Below, in pieces: positions 26,750-36,306 of a stretch of 64,000 nucleotides of DNA. Source of the stretch: a virus (taxonomy: Duplodnaviria; Caudoviricetes); the IMG/VR virus record IMGVR_UViG_2765235901_000002, positions 7,161-71,160 of that record; one strand, given 5' to 3'. Position 1 is the first letter of the stretch. Each line of letters begins with the position of its first letter. The notes beneath the pieces were generated by a model, which had not been told where the DNA came from, did not search any database, and saw only the letters and a list, made by a program, of their open reading frames with translations. A program made the translations under genes and the position numbers.

Positions 26750-27797
26750 TCGGTCGATCAACTTTCCGACTCTTGGGTTCCTGGTTGCGGATTGGATCGA
26801 AGCGCACTGCATCATCCCTGATGGGTTCAAGCTGGGCCAGCCGTTCCGCCTGTACAACGATCAGTTGTTCTTCCTGTGCAATCACTATCGGGTCAAGTCT
26901 TCTGCGGTGTGGGTGCCGTCGGATCCGGTGTTGGCTCCGGCGTTTTTCTACCGTCGTTCGCAGTTGGTTCGGCCGCAGAAGTGGGGAAAGGGTCCTCTGA
27001 CTGCGGCGATCATTGCCAACGAGGGTGCTGGACCGTCGACGTTCGCGGGCTGGGCGCGGGGTGGGGAAACCTACGATTGCCGGACCTACGGGTGTGGTTG
27101 CGGGTTCGTGTTCGAGTACGAGCCCGGTGACCCGATGGGTATCCCGTATCCGACCCCGTTGATTCAGTTGACGGCTACATCGGAAGAGCAGACCGACAAC
27201 GTGTATCGGCCTCTGCAAGAGATGATTCGCCGCGGCCCGCTCGGCGAGTTGATGCGTGTAGGTGAGGAGTTCATTCGCCTCGCGGGGAATGGACGTATCG
27301 ATGTGGTGACGTCGAGTGCGACGTCCCGCCTCGGTAACCCGATCACGTTTGCGCTGCAGGACGAGACCGGCATCTGGTTGAAGTCGAACCATATGCAGCG
27401 GGTTGCTGATACTCAGCGTCGTGGTCTTGCCGGTATGGGTGGTCGGTCGATCGAGACGACGAATCCATGGGATCCGGCTGAGAGTTCTGTTGCGCAGACG
27501 ACGTTCGAGTCACGTGCTGAGGATATTTTCAAAGACTTTCCGCAGGCACCGGCGTCGTTGTCGTATGGCGACAAGCGGGAGCGGCGGAAGATTCACCGGT
27601 TTGCCTACGGTGATTCTTTGCGTGAGCGCGGTGGGCATATCGATTTGGATGCGATCGAGGCCGAGGCGATGGAAATCCTTCCTCGCGATCCGTCGCAGGC
27701 GGAGCGGTTCTTCGGGTGCCGTCTTGTGTATGGGCAGGGGTCGTGGCTGCCGGCCGGTTTGTGGGAAGGGTGCTACGCGAATGCTGTGGCTACCTAA
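26736..27797 (+). CDS. terL: terminase large subunit, ATPase domain
   Basis: RPQKWGKGP Walker A-like, LQDETG Walker B, ETTNPW. Confidence 0.9.
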   Translation: MEEPDRSINFPTLGFLVADWIEAHCIIPDGFKLGQPFRLYNDQLFFLCNHYRVKSSAVWVPSDPVLAPAFFYRRSQLVRPQKWGKGPLTAAIIANEGAGPSTFAGWARGGETYDCRTYGCGCGFVFEYEPGDPMGIPYPTPLIQLTATSEEQTDNVYRPLQEMIRRGPLGELMRVGEEFIRLAGNGRIDVVTSSATSRLGNPITFALQDETGIWLKSNHMQRVADTQRRGLAGMGGRSIETTNPWDPAESSVAQTTFESRAEDIFKDFPQAPASLSYGDKRERRKIHRFAYGDSLRERGGHIDLDAIEAEAMEILPRDPSQAERFFGCRLVYGQGSWLPAGLWEGCYANAVAT

Positions 27798-28386
27798 CCC
27801 GCCGGATGGGACCGCGATTTGTGTCGGGTTCGATGGTTCGGACTCGGATGACCACACTGCTTTGCGGGCTGAGACTCGTGAAGGGTTCCAGTTCACCCCG
27901 AGGTATGGGCCGGATCGTCGCCCGACAATCTGGGATCCGGCCGAGTGGGATGGGCAGATACCCCGGGATGAGGTCCACGCGGCGATGGACGAAGTGTATT
28001 CGCGGTTCGTCGTTTTGCGCGGGTATTTCGACCCACCGGACTGGCGTAGTGAGATCGGCGACTGGGCGCTGTTGTACGGCGCTGAGCACGTCACGGAGTG
28101 GGCGACATACCGCACCACGCAAATGCATGAGGCGTTGAAGCGGTTCGTCACCGACCTTTCCACTCACCGGACGACACACGACGGGTGTTCGTCGACCGAG
28201 ATTGCCGTCGCGAATGCTCGGAAAAAGGCCCGGCCAGGTCAGCGATACATCCTGTCCAAGCCAACTCAGACCCAAAAGATCGACCCTGCAATGGCTTCGG
28301 TGCTTGCGCATGAAGCGGCCGCGGATGCGCGCGCCGCCAACTGGCCGGAACCCCGGCCAGTGAGCAACAAAATGATCGGTTTCTGA
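27781..28386 (+). CDS. terL: terminase large subunit, nuclease domain (separate ORF)
   Basis: VGFDGSDSDDHT and KIDPAMASVLA; RBS GGAAGG; 17-nt overlap with the ATPase ORF. Confidence 0.88.
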   Translation: MLWLPNPPDGTAICVGFDGSDSDDHTALRAETREGFQFTPRYGPDRRPTIWDPAEWDGQIPRDEVHAAMDEVYSRFVVLRGYFDPPDWRSEIGDWALLYGAEHVTEWATYRTTQMHEALKRFVTDLSTHRTTHDGCSSTEIAVANARKKARPGQRYILSKPTQTQKIDPAMASVLAHEAAADARAANWPEPRPVSNKMIGF

Positions 28387-28406
28387 ACCGTAGAGGTGGG
28401 GGTGTC

Positions 28407-29753
28407 GTGGCCGTTGTAAATCCGATCGACCTGATACCCGTCCTCGAAAAGGGACTGAAGGCTGACGCCGCAAACCTGACAAAGTGGGACAACTACTACG
28501 AGGGTGAACAGCCCTTGAAGTACATGTCGGAGGCAATGCGGCAGGAGCTCGGCGACACTGTCGCCGAGCTGGTCATCAACTGGGCCCGTTTCGTCGCTGA
28601 TGCGTACGAGAACCGTTTGGATGTCGAGGGTTTCCGATATGGCGACCAGGATTCCGGCGACGAAGATCTGTGGGCGTGGTGGCAGTACAACAACATGGAC
28701 GAGAAGTCTCAGCAGGCGCACCTCGATTCCATTTCGTTGTCGCGGTCGTATGTGACGATCGGCTCGAACCCTGAGAAGGGTATGCCTCCGATCAATTCGA
28801 TCGAGTCGCCGTTTCAGGTGTGGGCGCAGCGGGATCCTGCGACACAGAAGGTCACTGCTGCGATCAAGCGGTGGAAGGACCTCGACGACATCGAGCATGC
28901 GCTGGTGTACACGCCGGTGGAGACTGCGGAGTTCGTGCAGAAGCAGGGCGGTTGGGCGACAGGCGAATTCCAGGACAAGCACAATTTCGGGATTGTCCCG
29001 GTGGTGCCGTTGGTGAACCGTCCGCGTACGTTGCGGCCGAACGGGACGACCGAGTTCAAGGATCTGATCCCGCTGGCGGATGCCGCGAACAAGATGGCGA
29101 CGGACATGATGATTTCCGGCGAGTTCCATGCGATGCCTCGCCGGTATGCGTTCGGTTTGAAGCAGTCCGATTTCGTCGACAAGAACGGCCAGCAGGTGTC
29201 GGCGTGGTCGATGCTGAAGAACAGGATCTGGGCGAACGAGGACAAGGACGTCAAGGTCGGGACGTTCGAGGAGTCCGACCTGACAGTGTTCCACAATACG
29301 ATCAAACTGTTGGCGCAGTTGGCGTCTCAGATGGCCGCGCTACCCCCGCACTACATGGGGTTCGTCGGTGACAATCCCGCGTCCGCCGATGCGATCCGTT
29401 CCTCGGAGACGCAGTTGGTGAAGCGCATCGAACGCAAACACACGTTCCTCGGTGGAGCTCACGAGGAAGCGCAGCGCATCAACCTGATGTTCATGCGCGG
29501 GAAGAGTGAACTCGAGATCCGGGATTTCAGTTTGGAGACGGTGTGGCGTGATCCGTCGACTCCGACCGTGGCGCAGAAGGCGGATGCTGCTGTAAAACTT
29601 CACCAGGCAGGTATCACTCCGTTGGAGCAGACGCGTATCGATATGGGGTATAGCGAGACTCAGCGGAAGCAGATGGCGAAGATGGATGAGGCTGCGGTTG
29701 CGGCGTCTCCTGCTGCCCGTTTCGCGCGGCCGCTGACCGATGCCACTTCCTGA
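28407..29753 (+). CDS. portal protein (SPP1 gp6-like)
   Basis: YYEGEQPL, INWARFVADA..NRL, VPVVPLVNR, PASADAIRSSE. Confidence 0.93.
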   Translation: MAVVNPIDLIPVLEKGLKADAANLTKWDNYYEGEQPLKYMSEAMRQELGDTVAELVINWARFVADAYENRLDVEGFRYGDQDSGDEDLWAWWQYNNMDEKSQQAHLDSISLSRSYVTIGSNPEKGMPPINSIESPFQVWAQRDPATQKVTAAIKRWKDLDDIEHALVYTPVETAEFVQKQGGWATGEFQDKHNFGIVPVVPLVNRPRTLRPNGTTEFKDLIPLADAANKMATDMMISGEFHAMPRRYAFGLKQSDFVDKNGQQVSAWSMLKNRIWANEDKDVKVGTFEESDLTVFHNTIKLLAQLASQMAALPPHYMGFVGDNPASADAIRSSETQLVKRIERKHTFLGGAHEEAQRINLMFMRGKSELEIRDFSLETVWRDPSTPTVAQKADAAVKLHQAGITPLEQTRIDMGYSETQRKQMAKMDEAAVAASPAARFARPLTDATS

Positions 29754-31629
29754 TACGGCGAAGGACCATTACCGGGGTCAGCAGCGGCTGACGATGGAGG
29801 TCCTCGCGTACGCGGAGGAGGTGTGGGGGTCTCGGCCGCCTGCTGATTTCGATGTGTGGTTCGCTGCGAATGTCGATGCTTTGGTGCAGATCATGTCGGT
29901 CGGTCAGGTTCGAGCTGTCGAGGGTACCGACGAGTACGTGTCGGGGACTTTGGATGAGCTCGGCACACCGGTTGCTTCGGAGTTCGATGTTGTGCCGGAG
30001 TCGTTTTCGGGTGTCGCATCGGATGGTCGTTCGCTGGATGGGCTGTTGTACGGCGCTGTGGTGACTGCTGGGAAACAGGTCGAAGCCAAGGGTCCCTCGG
30101 CGGCGTGGGGGATGGGTTTGCAGGCACTACAGGTGTACATGCAAACCCAGCTGGCTGACGCTTCGAGGGTCGCTACGAACGTCGCGGTGACTGCCCGCCC
30201 GAACACTGGGTATGTGCGGATGCTGAATCCGCCGTCGTGCTCGCGGTGCGCAGTGTTGGCGGGCCGCTGGTACCGATGGAATGCAGCGTTCCGTAGGCAT
30301 CCGGGTTGTGACTGCAGAGCGGTTCCCAGTCTCGCGGATGCTGCCAGTGACATCACGGTCGATCCGGTGAAGTACTTCGATTCACTGTCGGTCGCCGAGC
30401 AGAACAAGACGTTCACCATGGCGGGTGCTGACGCGATCCGGTCCGGCGCAGATATCGGGCAGGTCGTCAACGTCCGCCGCGGCGCTACCGGTTTGGATTC
30501 GGCGGCCGGGTCAACGGGGTCATTGCAGACCCAGGATGTGTATGGGCAGCAACTGTTCACGTCGACGGAGGGTGTGACGAAGCGTGGTGTCGCCGGCAAG
30601 GTGATCCGTGCGCGCGGCCGTAACCCTGCGACGACCCCGAGGTTGATGCCGGAGTCAATCATGGAGCTCGCTGAGTCCCGTGAAGATGCGTTGCGGTTGC
30701 TTCGAGCGAACGGATACATCCTGGACCGGTCAGGCCCTGTATCCGGTGCTGGTTCACGAACGGGCCTGGTCCCGGATATCCGCAAGCCGGTCCGTCCGGT
30801 CATTGATCTCGATGCGGTCGCTGCAACGGAGGCGGCGAAACGCGCAGCCTTCCAACAGAACGTCGATGACACGAAGTCGTGGTTGGCCGCGGAGTCGAAA
30901 TACACCGCAGACGTCACCGCGTGGCTCGCGGCGGAGAACACGTACAAGGCGACCCAGCCAGCTCGGGTGTTCACCGACGACGAAGGGCATGACTTCGGCT
31001 TCGACGTGTGGCACGGGTACGCCGACGGTCTCGATGCCCAGCAGCGAGCAATGATCCTCGAGTACACCGGAAACGGTTACCGGGCGATCAACAGCGGGCT
31101 CCGCGGCGACGGTGCCCATGCGCCGGGTTCGTTCGGGAACATCACCGACCCGGTCGAGCGCACGAAGCTGCTCGAGAACGTCACAGAACTCGTCAGGGTC
31201 ATCGCCGCGGCCCCGCGGATACCGGAGAACATTCGGGTTTCGCGAATGGTCGAAGAACGAGTGCTCGGCATCAGCCGCGACGGCTCTCTCCGAACCGCTC
31301 AGGCTTCCAGTCTCATCGGCGACGTGAAAAGGGACGACGGCTTTATGTCGACGTCCATGGAATCGTCGTCGAGTTTCGGGAACACCGGCGAACTCCAACT
31401 CGTGCTCGATGTTCCGGAAGGCACTCAGGCGTTGTACGTGTCGTCGCATGAACGTCTCGCGAACGGTAAAGCCGACCCGAAAGGTTTGGCGGCATACGGT
31501 CCGGAAGAGAACGAGCTGGTCCTCGGCCGCGGCGTAGAGTACGAGATCACCGGCATGGCCGAGAACGGCCGCCATCTGATTCTGTACGCACGAGTGGTCG
31601 GGCAGAATCCCGACCGGATCGGGGGGTGA
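29740..31629 (+). CDS. MuF-like/head maturation protein fused to C-terminal VIP2-like ADP-ribosyltransferase
   Basis: CSRCAVLAG...HPGCDC head domain; ART R-S-E triad VSRMV, GFMSTS, EENELVL. Confidence 0.88.
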   Translation: MPLPDTAKDHYRGQQRLTMEVLAYAEEVWGSRPPADFDVWFAANVDALVQIMSVGQVRAVEGTDEYVSGTLDELGTPVASEFDVVPESFSGVASDGRSLDGLLYGAVVTAGKQVEAKGPSAAWGMGLQALQVYMQTQLADASRVATNVAVTARPNTGYVRMLNPPSCSRCAVLAGRWYRWNAAFRRHPGCDCRAVPSLADAASDITVDPVKYFDSLSVAEQNKTFTMAGADAIRSGADIGQVVNVRRGATGLDSAAGSTGSLQTQDVYGQQLFTSTEGVTKRGVAGKVIRARGRNPATTPRLMPESIMELAESREDALRLLRANGYILDRSGPVSGAGSRTGLVPDIRKPVRPVIDLDAVAATEAAKRAAFQQNVDDTKSWLAAESKYTADVTAWLAAENTYKATQPARVFTDDEGHDFGFDVWHGYADGLDAQQRAMILEYTGNGYRAINSGLRGDGAHAPGSFGNITDPVERTKLLENVTELVRVIAAAPRIPENIRVSRMVEERVLGISRDGSLRTAQASSLIGDVKRDDGFMSTSMESSSSFGNTGELQLVLDVPEGTQALYVSSHERLANGKADPKGLAAYGPEENELVLGRGVEYEITGMAENGRHLILYARVVGQNPDRIGG

Positions 31630-31630
31630 G

Positions 31631-31933
31631 ATGGGAAGCCTGTCGGATCCCTCCGATGTCGGTGCGCGCGCCATCAGCGGTGCGTCGTACGCAGTGAACA
31701 TGTCTGGCCCGGGGCGTTGGGTGCGGCTACCTGATCTCGGGTTGTTGTGGACCAATGATTCGGACTCGGTGCAACTGAACTGGGTTCCCAACGCCGACCA
31801 GGACGCTGCGAACGCAATCCGCGTCGGCTTGAAATCGCTTGCCAGGAGCAGCGTTCCCGCCGCCGTGGCATTCGACCAGATAGCTTCCCGTTACTCCGGA
31901 ATCGTTCGATCCGGAGACTTGTCTTCACTCTGA
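31631..31933 (+). CDS. small protein, candidate ART immunity protein
   Basis: Starts 1 nt after the toxin-fusion stop; followed by a terminator. Confidence 0.6.
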   Translation: MGSLSDPSDVGARAISGASYAVNMSGPGRWVRLPDLGLLWTNDSDSVQLNWVPNADQDAANAIRVGLKSLARSSVPAAVAFDQIASRYSGIVRSGDLSSL

Positions 31934-31950
31934 TTTCCATCGCTCACTGA

Positions 31951-31980
31951 CCCCGTACGCCACGCGCTGCGGGGTTTTTT
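31951..31980 (+). terminator. intrinsic terminator
   Basis: CCCCGTA...TGCGGGG followed by TTTTTT. Confidence 0.75.
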
Positions 31981-32019
31981 GATGCCCACATTCTTCCCCG
32001 CACAGCGGGGATGTTCATC

Positions 32020-32060
32020 CACTCCAGGCGATCTGGGGTGGTTCGACGTCGCGATGACGT
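32020..32060 (+). promoter_or_regulatory. tandem GCGAU-loop hairpins upstream of scaffolding gene
   Basis: CACTCCAG-GCGAT-CTGGGGTG and ACGTC-GCGAT-GACGT. Confidence 0.55.
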
Positions 32061-32089
32061 TTCCAACCCATCCTGGAGGTTCCATTCCT

Positions 32090-32704
32090 ATGACCACTCC
32101 CGTTCCGGCTGCTCCTGTTCCCACTCCCGCCGAGGTGGCACCACAAGTCACCCCGGCAGCCCCTGTCGAACCTGCACCTGTTGCTGTTCCGGCACCGGTC
32201 GCTACTCCTGCTCCTACTCCCGGCGCGACGCCGGAGTACCCCGAGGGTCTCGGTGACCCTGGCAAGAAGGCGCTCGATGCAGAACGAGAAGCACGTGCGA
32301 CAGCTGAGAAGGCGCTGAAGGAGTTTCAGGACAAAGCGGCGGCCGATGCCAAGAAGATCGCGGACGAGAAATTGTCCGAGCTCGAGCGGGCGCAGAATCT
32401 GGCGTCCGAGAAGGCTACGGCTGCAATGGAGAAGGAAGCCGAGAACCTCCGGCTTCGGTTCGCCATCACGAATTCGGTTCCCGCTGTATGGATCGATCGA
32501 CTCAAGGGCGCGACGCCCGAAGAGTTGGCTGCTGATTGGGCGACCATCCAGCCGACTCTGGCTCCTGCTGTACCGCCGGTTCCTCCGGTGGACCCGAACG
32601 CACCGCGTGTTCCCGCGCCGGTTCCTTCGCAGGGGCCGCAACCCGGACGTCCGATGACGCCGGAAGAGCTGCTGTACGAGCAGTTCCACCCACAATCCAA
32701 CTGA
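32090..32704 (+). CDS. scaffolding protein
   Basis: LGDPGKKALDAERE...KLSELERA; RBS GGAGG; upstream of capsid genes. Confidence 0.88.
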   Translation: MTTPVPAAPVPTPAEVAPQVTPAAPVEPAPVAVPAPVATPAPTPGATPEYPEGLGDPGKKALDAEREARATAEKALKEFQDKAAADAKKIADEKLSELERAQNLASEKATAAMEKEAENLRLRFAITNSVPAVWIDRLKGATPEELAADWATIQPTLAPAVPPVPPVDPNAPRVPAPVPSQGPQPGRPMTPEELLYEQFHPQSN

Positions 32705-32719
32705 AAGTGAGGCCTTGAC

Positions 32720-33079
32720 ATGGCCGAATACATTCCCATCCGGAAGCCGGGTGCCGACGTCCCGTTGACGGCATCTGTGGCTGTCACCGGCGGTCAGCTG
32801 GTGTTCATCTCCGGCAACGAGACCGTCGCTCCCACAACCGCTGCAACGTCAGCGTGGGTCGGTGTCGCCGCGAACGATGCTGCCGTCGGCGAGAAGGTCA
32901 CCGTTCACCGCGGTGGTGTCCACGAGCTCGCTGCATCCGGTGCTATCGCCGCCGGCGCTCGAGTGCTCCCCGCTGCTGCGGGTGCTGTCGCCACGATCGG
33001 CGCAGGAACCGACTACTCCCAGGTCGTCGGTATCGCAACGTCCGCTGCCGCCTCCGGCAAGGTCCGCGTCGCTTTCTGA
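32720..33079 (+). CDS. capsid decoration/cement protein
   Basis: Gly/Ala-rich ASVAVTGGQLV...GVAANDAAVG..V.V. Confidence 0.75.
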   Translation: MAEYIPIRKPGADVPLTASVAVTGGQLVFISGNETVAPTTAATSAWVGVAANDAAVGEKVTVHRGGVHELAASGAIAAGARVLPAAAGAVATIGAGTDYSQVVGIATSAAASGKVRVAF

Positions 33080-33137
33080 GCGACCCACCTCAATCCCTCT
33101 GGAGCCCAGCGGCTCCCAGTACTGAAGGAGAGCCACT

Positions 33138-34040
33138 ATGGCGATCACATACCCAGCGGGGCCGCCCGTCTATTCGGGTGACATCGAATCGATCAACCGG
33201 TACCTCGCTACCCCGTCCGTCGTTGCACGCCGCATCAATACCATCGCGGCACAGCGCTTCGTGTCGGATTTCATTCTGACCTCCCGAACCGATGTGTCCG
33301 GTGGCGCAGTCGTCTTCGAGCAGGACGATCCGCTGTACACCGACCGCGCACCCGAGGCCATCAGCCCGGGCGGTGAGTACCCGCTCACCGGTCTCGGTGA
33401 CGGAACTCCGCAGGCCGTGAAGGTCACCAAGTGGGGCCAGGACGTGCCCATCACCGATGAGAAGATCAAGCGCTCCAACTTCTCTCCCGTGGAGAAGGCA
33501 TTCCAGCGTCTGGTCAACACTCTGGTGAAGACCGTCGACGGTCTCGCCCTGTCCCTCGTCGCGTCGCAGGTCACCGCGACTCAGGCAGCTGCTGCTTCGT
33601 GGGCTGGTTCGACGTCGACGATCCTCCGGGACATCATGCTCGCGAAGGCGAAGGTCACAGCCCTGAACAAGGGATACGAGCCGAACGCCATCGTCGTTGA
33701 CGACGCGACGTGGGCGCTGTTGGCATCCGACGACAAGCTGTCGACTCTGATGGCACGCGAGGACAAGGGAAATTCGGTCTACACCGGCGAATTCCGTGTC
33801 GTCGCTGGTCTGACGATCCTCCCGACGCCGAACCTGCCTGCGGCCGGCGCGTGGATCATCGACACCAATGCTCTCGGCGGTATCGCCGACGAGAAGCTCG
33901 GCCAGGGCTACACCGGTGACGTCGTCGAGACGAAGTCGATCCGCGACGAGGACAACGACCAGTGGCGTGTCCGTGCTCGCCGTGTCTGCGTTCCGTACGT
34001 CAACGAGCCCGGTGCCGCCATCAAGATCACCGGAATCTGA
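33138..34040 (+). CDS. major capsid protein
   Basis: RAPEAISPGGEYPL, KWGQDVPITDE; position after scaffold. Confidence 0.92.
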   Translation: MAITYPAGPPVYSGDIESINRYLATPSVVARRINTIAAQRFVSDFILTSRTDVSGGAVVFEQDDPLYTDRAPEAISPGGEYPLTGLGDGTPQAVKVTKWGQDVPITDEKIKRSNFSPVEKAFQRLVNTLVKTVDGLALSLVASQVTATQAAAASWAGSTSTILRDIMLAKAKVTALNKGYEPNAIVVDDATWALLASDDKLSTLMAREDKGNSVYTGEFRVVAGLTILPTPNLPAAGAWIIDTNALGGIADEKLGQGYTGDVVETKSIRDEDNDQWRVRARRVCVPYVNEPGAAIKITGI

Positions 34041-34050
34041 GAGGTCTGAC

Positions 34051-34287
34051 ATGGGATACGTAGTCACCGCGCCGCTCGTCGGCGTGAACGGCGAAGACGG
34101 CAAGCTGAAGATGCTCTACAAGGGCGCTCTCGTTCCGGCTGATGTGTCGGCTGAGGATCTGGAGCGTCTCGAGGACGGCGGGCTGATCACCAAGACCGAC
34201 GACAAGTCGGACGATGGTGAGCCCTCCGCAGCTGAGAAGCGTGCAGCAGCTGCTGCAGCGAAGGCTGCCGCTGGGGCCAAGGCCTGA
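34051..34287 (+). CDS. head-associated hypothetical protein
   Basis: MGYVVTAPLV...YKGALVPADV...LERL. Confidence 0.75.
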   Translation: MGYVVTAPLVGVNGEDGKLKMLYKGALVPADVSAEDLERLEDGGLITKTDDKSDDGEPSAAEKRAAAAAAKAAAGAKA

Positions 34288-34290
34288 CCT

Positions 34291-34677
34291 GTGGCCTACC
34301 CGCTGATCGAGTTGGTGGACCTGCAGGAGTGGCGTCAAGAGGTGTTCCTCGAGGCGCAGCAACCGCAGGTCCTCCGACTGATCCGGTTCGCGTCGGCAGT
34401 CGTCCGGGATGAAGTCCCCACTCTCGATACCGATGTCCAGAATGCTGTTCTGGACCGGGATCTCGTCGAAGGCATCATGTGCGTCGTCGTGTCCCGCGCG
34501 TTGGACAGCATGCGGGTCGGCACCAACATCAAGTCCGAGCAGTTCCCGGAGATCACCACCGAGTACAACTTCCAGTCCGTCGACATGGAAGAGGTCGTGT
34601 ATCTGTCGGCCGGGCAGAAGGAGCGCCTGTCCCCGAAGACGGAGCAGGGTTCCTCGTTTTCGATTGCTCCCGGATGA
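34291..34677 (+). CDS. head-to-tail adaptor
   Basis: Position and size; RLIRFASAVVR...V...VSRA. Confidence 0.7.
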   Translation: MAYPLIELVDLQEWRQEVFLEAQQPQVLRLIRFASAVVRDEVPTLDTDVQNAVLDRDLVEGIMCVVVSRALDSMRVGTNIKSEQFPEITTEYNFQSVDMEEVVYLSAGQKERLSPKTEQGSSFSIAPG

Positions 34678-35054
34678 GGTTCGTGGAGCGGTGGGTTCTA
34701 CTGCGGGACAACCCGGGTGTCCCCGATGAGTCGACTGGTGTGCTGAAACCGGTTCCGCCGACGGAGATTCCGTATGCGGGGCTGTTGCAGCAACGCCAGT
34801 TGTCGTCTTCATCGGTCGATGCGGGGAACACGGAACTGTATCCGGGGAATGTTGTGTCCTCGTTCGTGCTGCTGCTCGAACCGGCCCCTCTCGACGGGTC
34901 GGTGTTGGATCCTCCCCGCGCGAAGGACCGCTTGCGGGGCCCTGACGGACTTGTTGTGCACGTCGTCGGTCTGACTCGGCCCCGGCGGAATCGTAATCAT
35001 CAACCCCGCTATATCGCGGCCATCGTGCGCGCGAGCAGCGATATGAAGGAGTGA
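34674..35054 (+). CDS. head-to-tail stopper
   Basis: MRFVERWVLL...DRLRGPDG..V.VVG; synteny. Confidence 0.7.
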   Translation: MRFVERWVLLRDNPGVPDESTGVLKPVPPTEIPYAGLLQQRQLSSSSVDAGNTELYPGNVVSSFVLLLEPAPLDGSVLDPPRAKDRLRGPDGLVVHVVGLTRPRRNRNHQPRYIAAIVRASSDMKE

Positions 35055-35057
35055 ATC

Positions 35058-35324
35058 ATGGCTGACGAAGCCACTACTGAGACCCCGAAGTCGGGGATCG
35101 TCAAGTTCACCGACGCCGACGGAAACACGCGGTGGGGTGATGTGAACTCGAAGCTGTACGAACGGCATGTCCGAGACACGTCGAAGGACGACGACAAGCA
35201 TGAGGCAGTCGCCCCGGATGCTGCGCCTGTGGATCCGCCGGCCGAAGTGAAGGCCGACAAGATCCCCGACGTCGTCGTTCCGCCTGAAGACAAGTCGCGT
35301 CGCCCCCGGGTCGCCGGAGCCTGA
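35058..35324 (+). CDS. hypothetical structural-region protein
   Basis: RBS AAGGAG. Confidence 0.7.
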   Translation: MADEATTETPKSGIVKFTDADGNTRWGDVNSKLYERHVRDTSKDDDKHEAVAPDAAPVDPPAEVKADKIPDVVVPPEDKSRRPRVAGA

Positions 35325-35325
35325 C

Positions 35326-35733
35326 ATGGCCCGCGTCGCGATCTACCGGGAGCAACTCCGGGCGGAAGCGCTACGCCTTTCGACGCCAGGTCGTACCGAG
35401 ATTGCCGAGAAGATCCTCAATCGATTCGACGCAACAGTCCCGAACCGCACTGGTGAGTTCCAGCGGGGAGCAAGTGTTCTCGTTGAGGGCTCACGGGTGT
35501 ACGTCGAAGACGACGACCCGGAAGCCTTCTGGAAGGAATACGGCACTTCGCAGCGCCGTGCATTGGCGACACTCACCAGTGCGGCTCGCGAGTTCGGTAG
35601 GTATCGCGGCTTCCAACCACGGAGGGGCGGTTCATCTTCCCGGAGCAACCTTGTCAGCTACACGACTCGGTCCGGGACTGTTCGGATGGTGACACGCGCC
35701 CAACGTGACTACTTCAATCGAGGTAGGGCATGA
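35326..35733 (+). CDS. neck protein (HK97 gp10-like)
   Basis: PNRTGEF...DPEAFWKEYGT. Confidence 0.7.
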   Translation: MARVAIYREQLRAEALRLSTPGRTEIAEKILNRFDATVPNRTGEFQRGASVLVEGSRVYVEDDDPEAFWKEYGTSQRRALATLTSAAREFGRYRGFQPRRGGSSSRSNLVSYTTRSGTVRMVTRAQRDYFNRGRA

Positions 35734-36173
35734 CGACGTCCACACCGTACGTACCTGGCGCTATCCGCCAGTTCCTGCGGAGCATCGACGAGTACACGAC
35801 ACTCTGCCCTGCGGACGGGATCGTCACCGGCGATCTACCCCCTGGGGACATCACGGCACCGTTCGCGACGATCACCGCGCCATCGAATTACGGGGTCGAC
35901 CCCATGCTGCGGCGGCCGCTCATCCAGATCGATGTGTGGGTTCCGCGGTGGGAAATCCTCGGCGGCGATGTCGAACCCGAGGAACTGGCCTGGAACATCG
36001 GCGATCTCGGTGCCCGGCTGATCCACAAGGCCCGGCAGCAGAAGTTCCGAAACTGCACATGGAATGCCGAATGGATCGACGGGCCGATCACCGAAGTCGA
36101 CCGGCAGCGGGGCGTCGATCTTCCCTTGTTCCGCTCCATCACTCGGTTCGACGTGAAAGTCGTCGTCCGCTAG
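35730..36173 (+). CDS. tail terminator
   Basis: RPLIQIDVW; directly before the major tail gene. Confidence 0.75.
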   Translation: MTTSTPYVPGAIRQFLRSIDEYTTLCPADGIVTGDLPPGDITAPFATITAPSNYGVDPMLRRPLIQIDVWVPRWEILGGDVEPEELAWNIGDLGARLIHKARQQKFRNCTWNAEWIDGPITEVDRQRGVDLPLFRSITRFDVKVVVR

Positions 36174-36306
36174 CGCGCTTTTCGCGCCCCTGTTCCGCCT
36201 ATCCGGCGGCCATAACGTCCCACCTCTGGTGTTGCTTGCTCGGCATGTCCAGGGGTGGGGCTTCCACAAGAGCTCACGAGCGTGAGCCAATCAAGGAGGT
36301 ACTTTC

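Noticed and set aside
26160-27392. Long minus-strand ORF (410 aa), and similar ones at 29904-31067, 51528-52775 and plus-strand 57452-58666
   Set aside because: Shadow frames of well-supported genes in high-GC DNA, with no recognisable motifs
27770-27800. Programmed frameshift joining the terminase halves
   Set aside because: No slippery sequence; the downstream ORF has its own RBS and ATG
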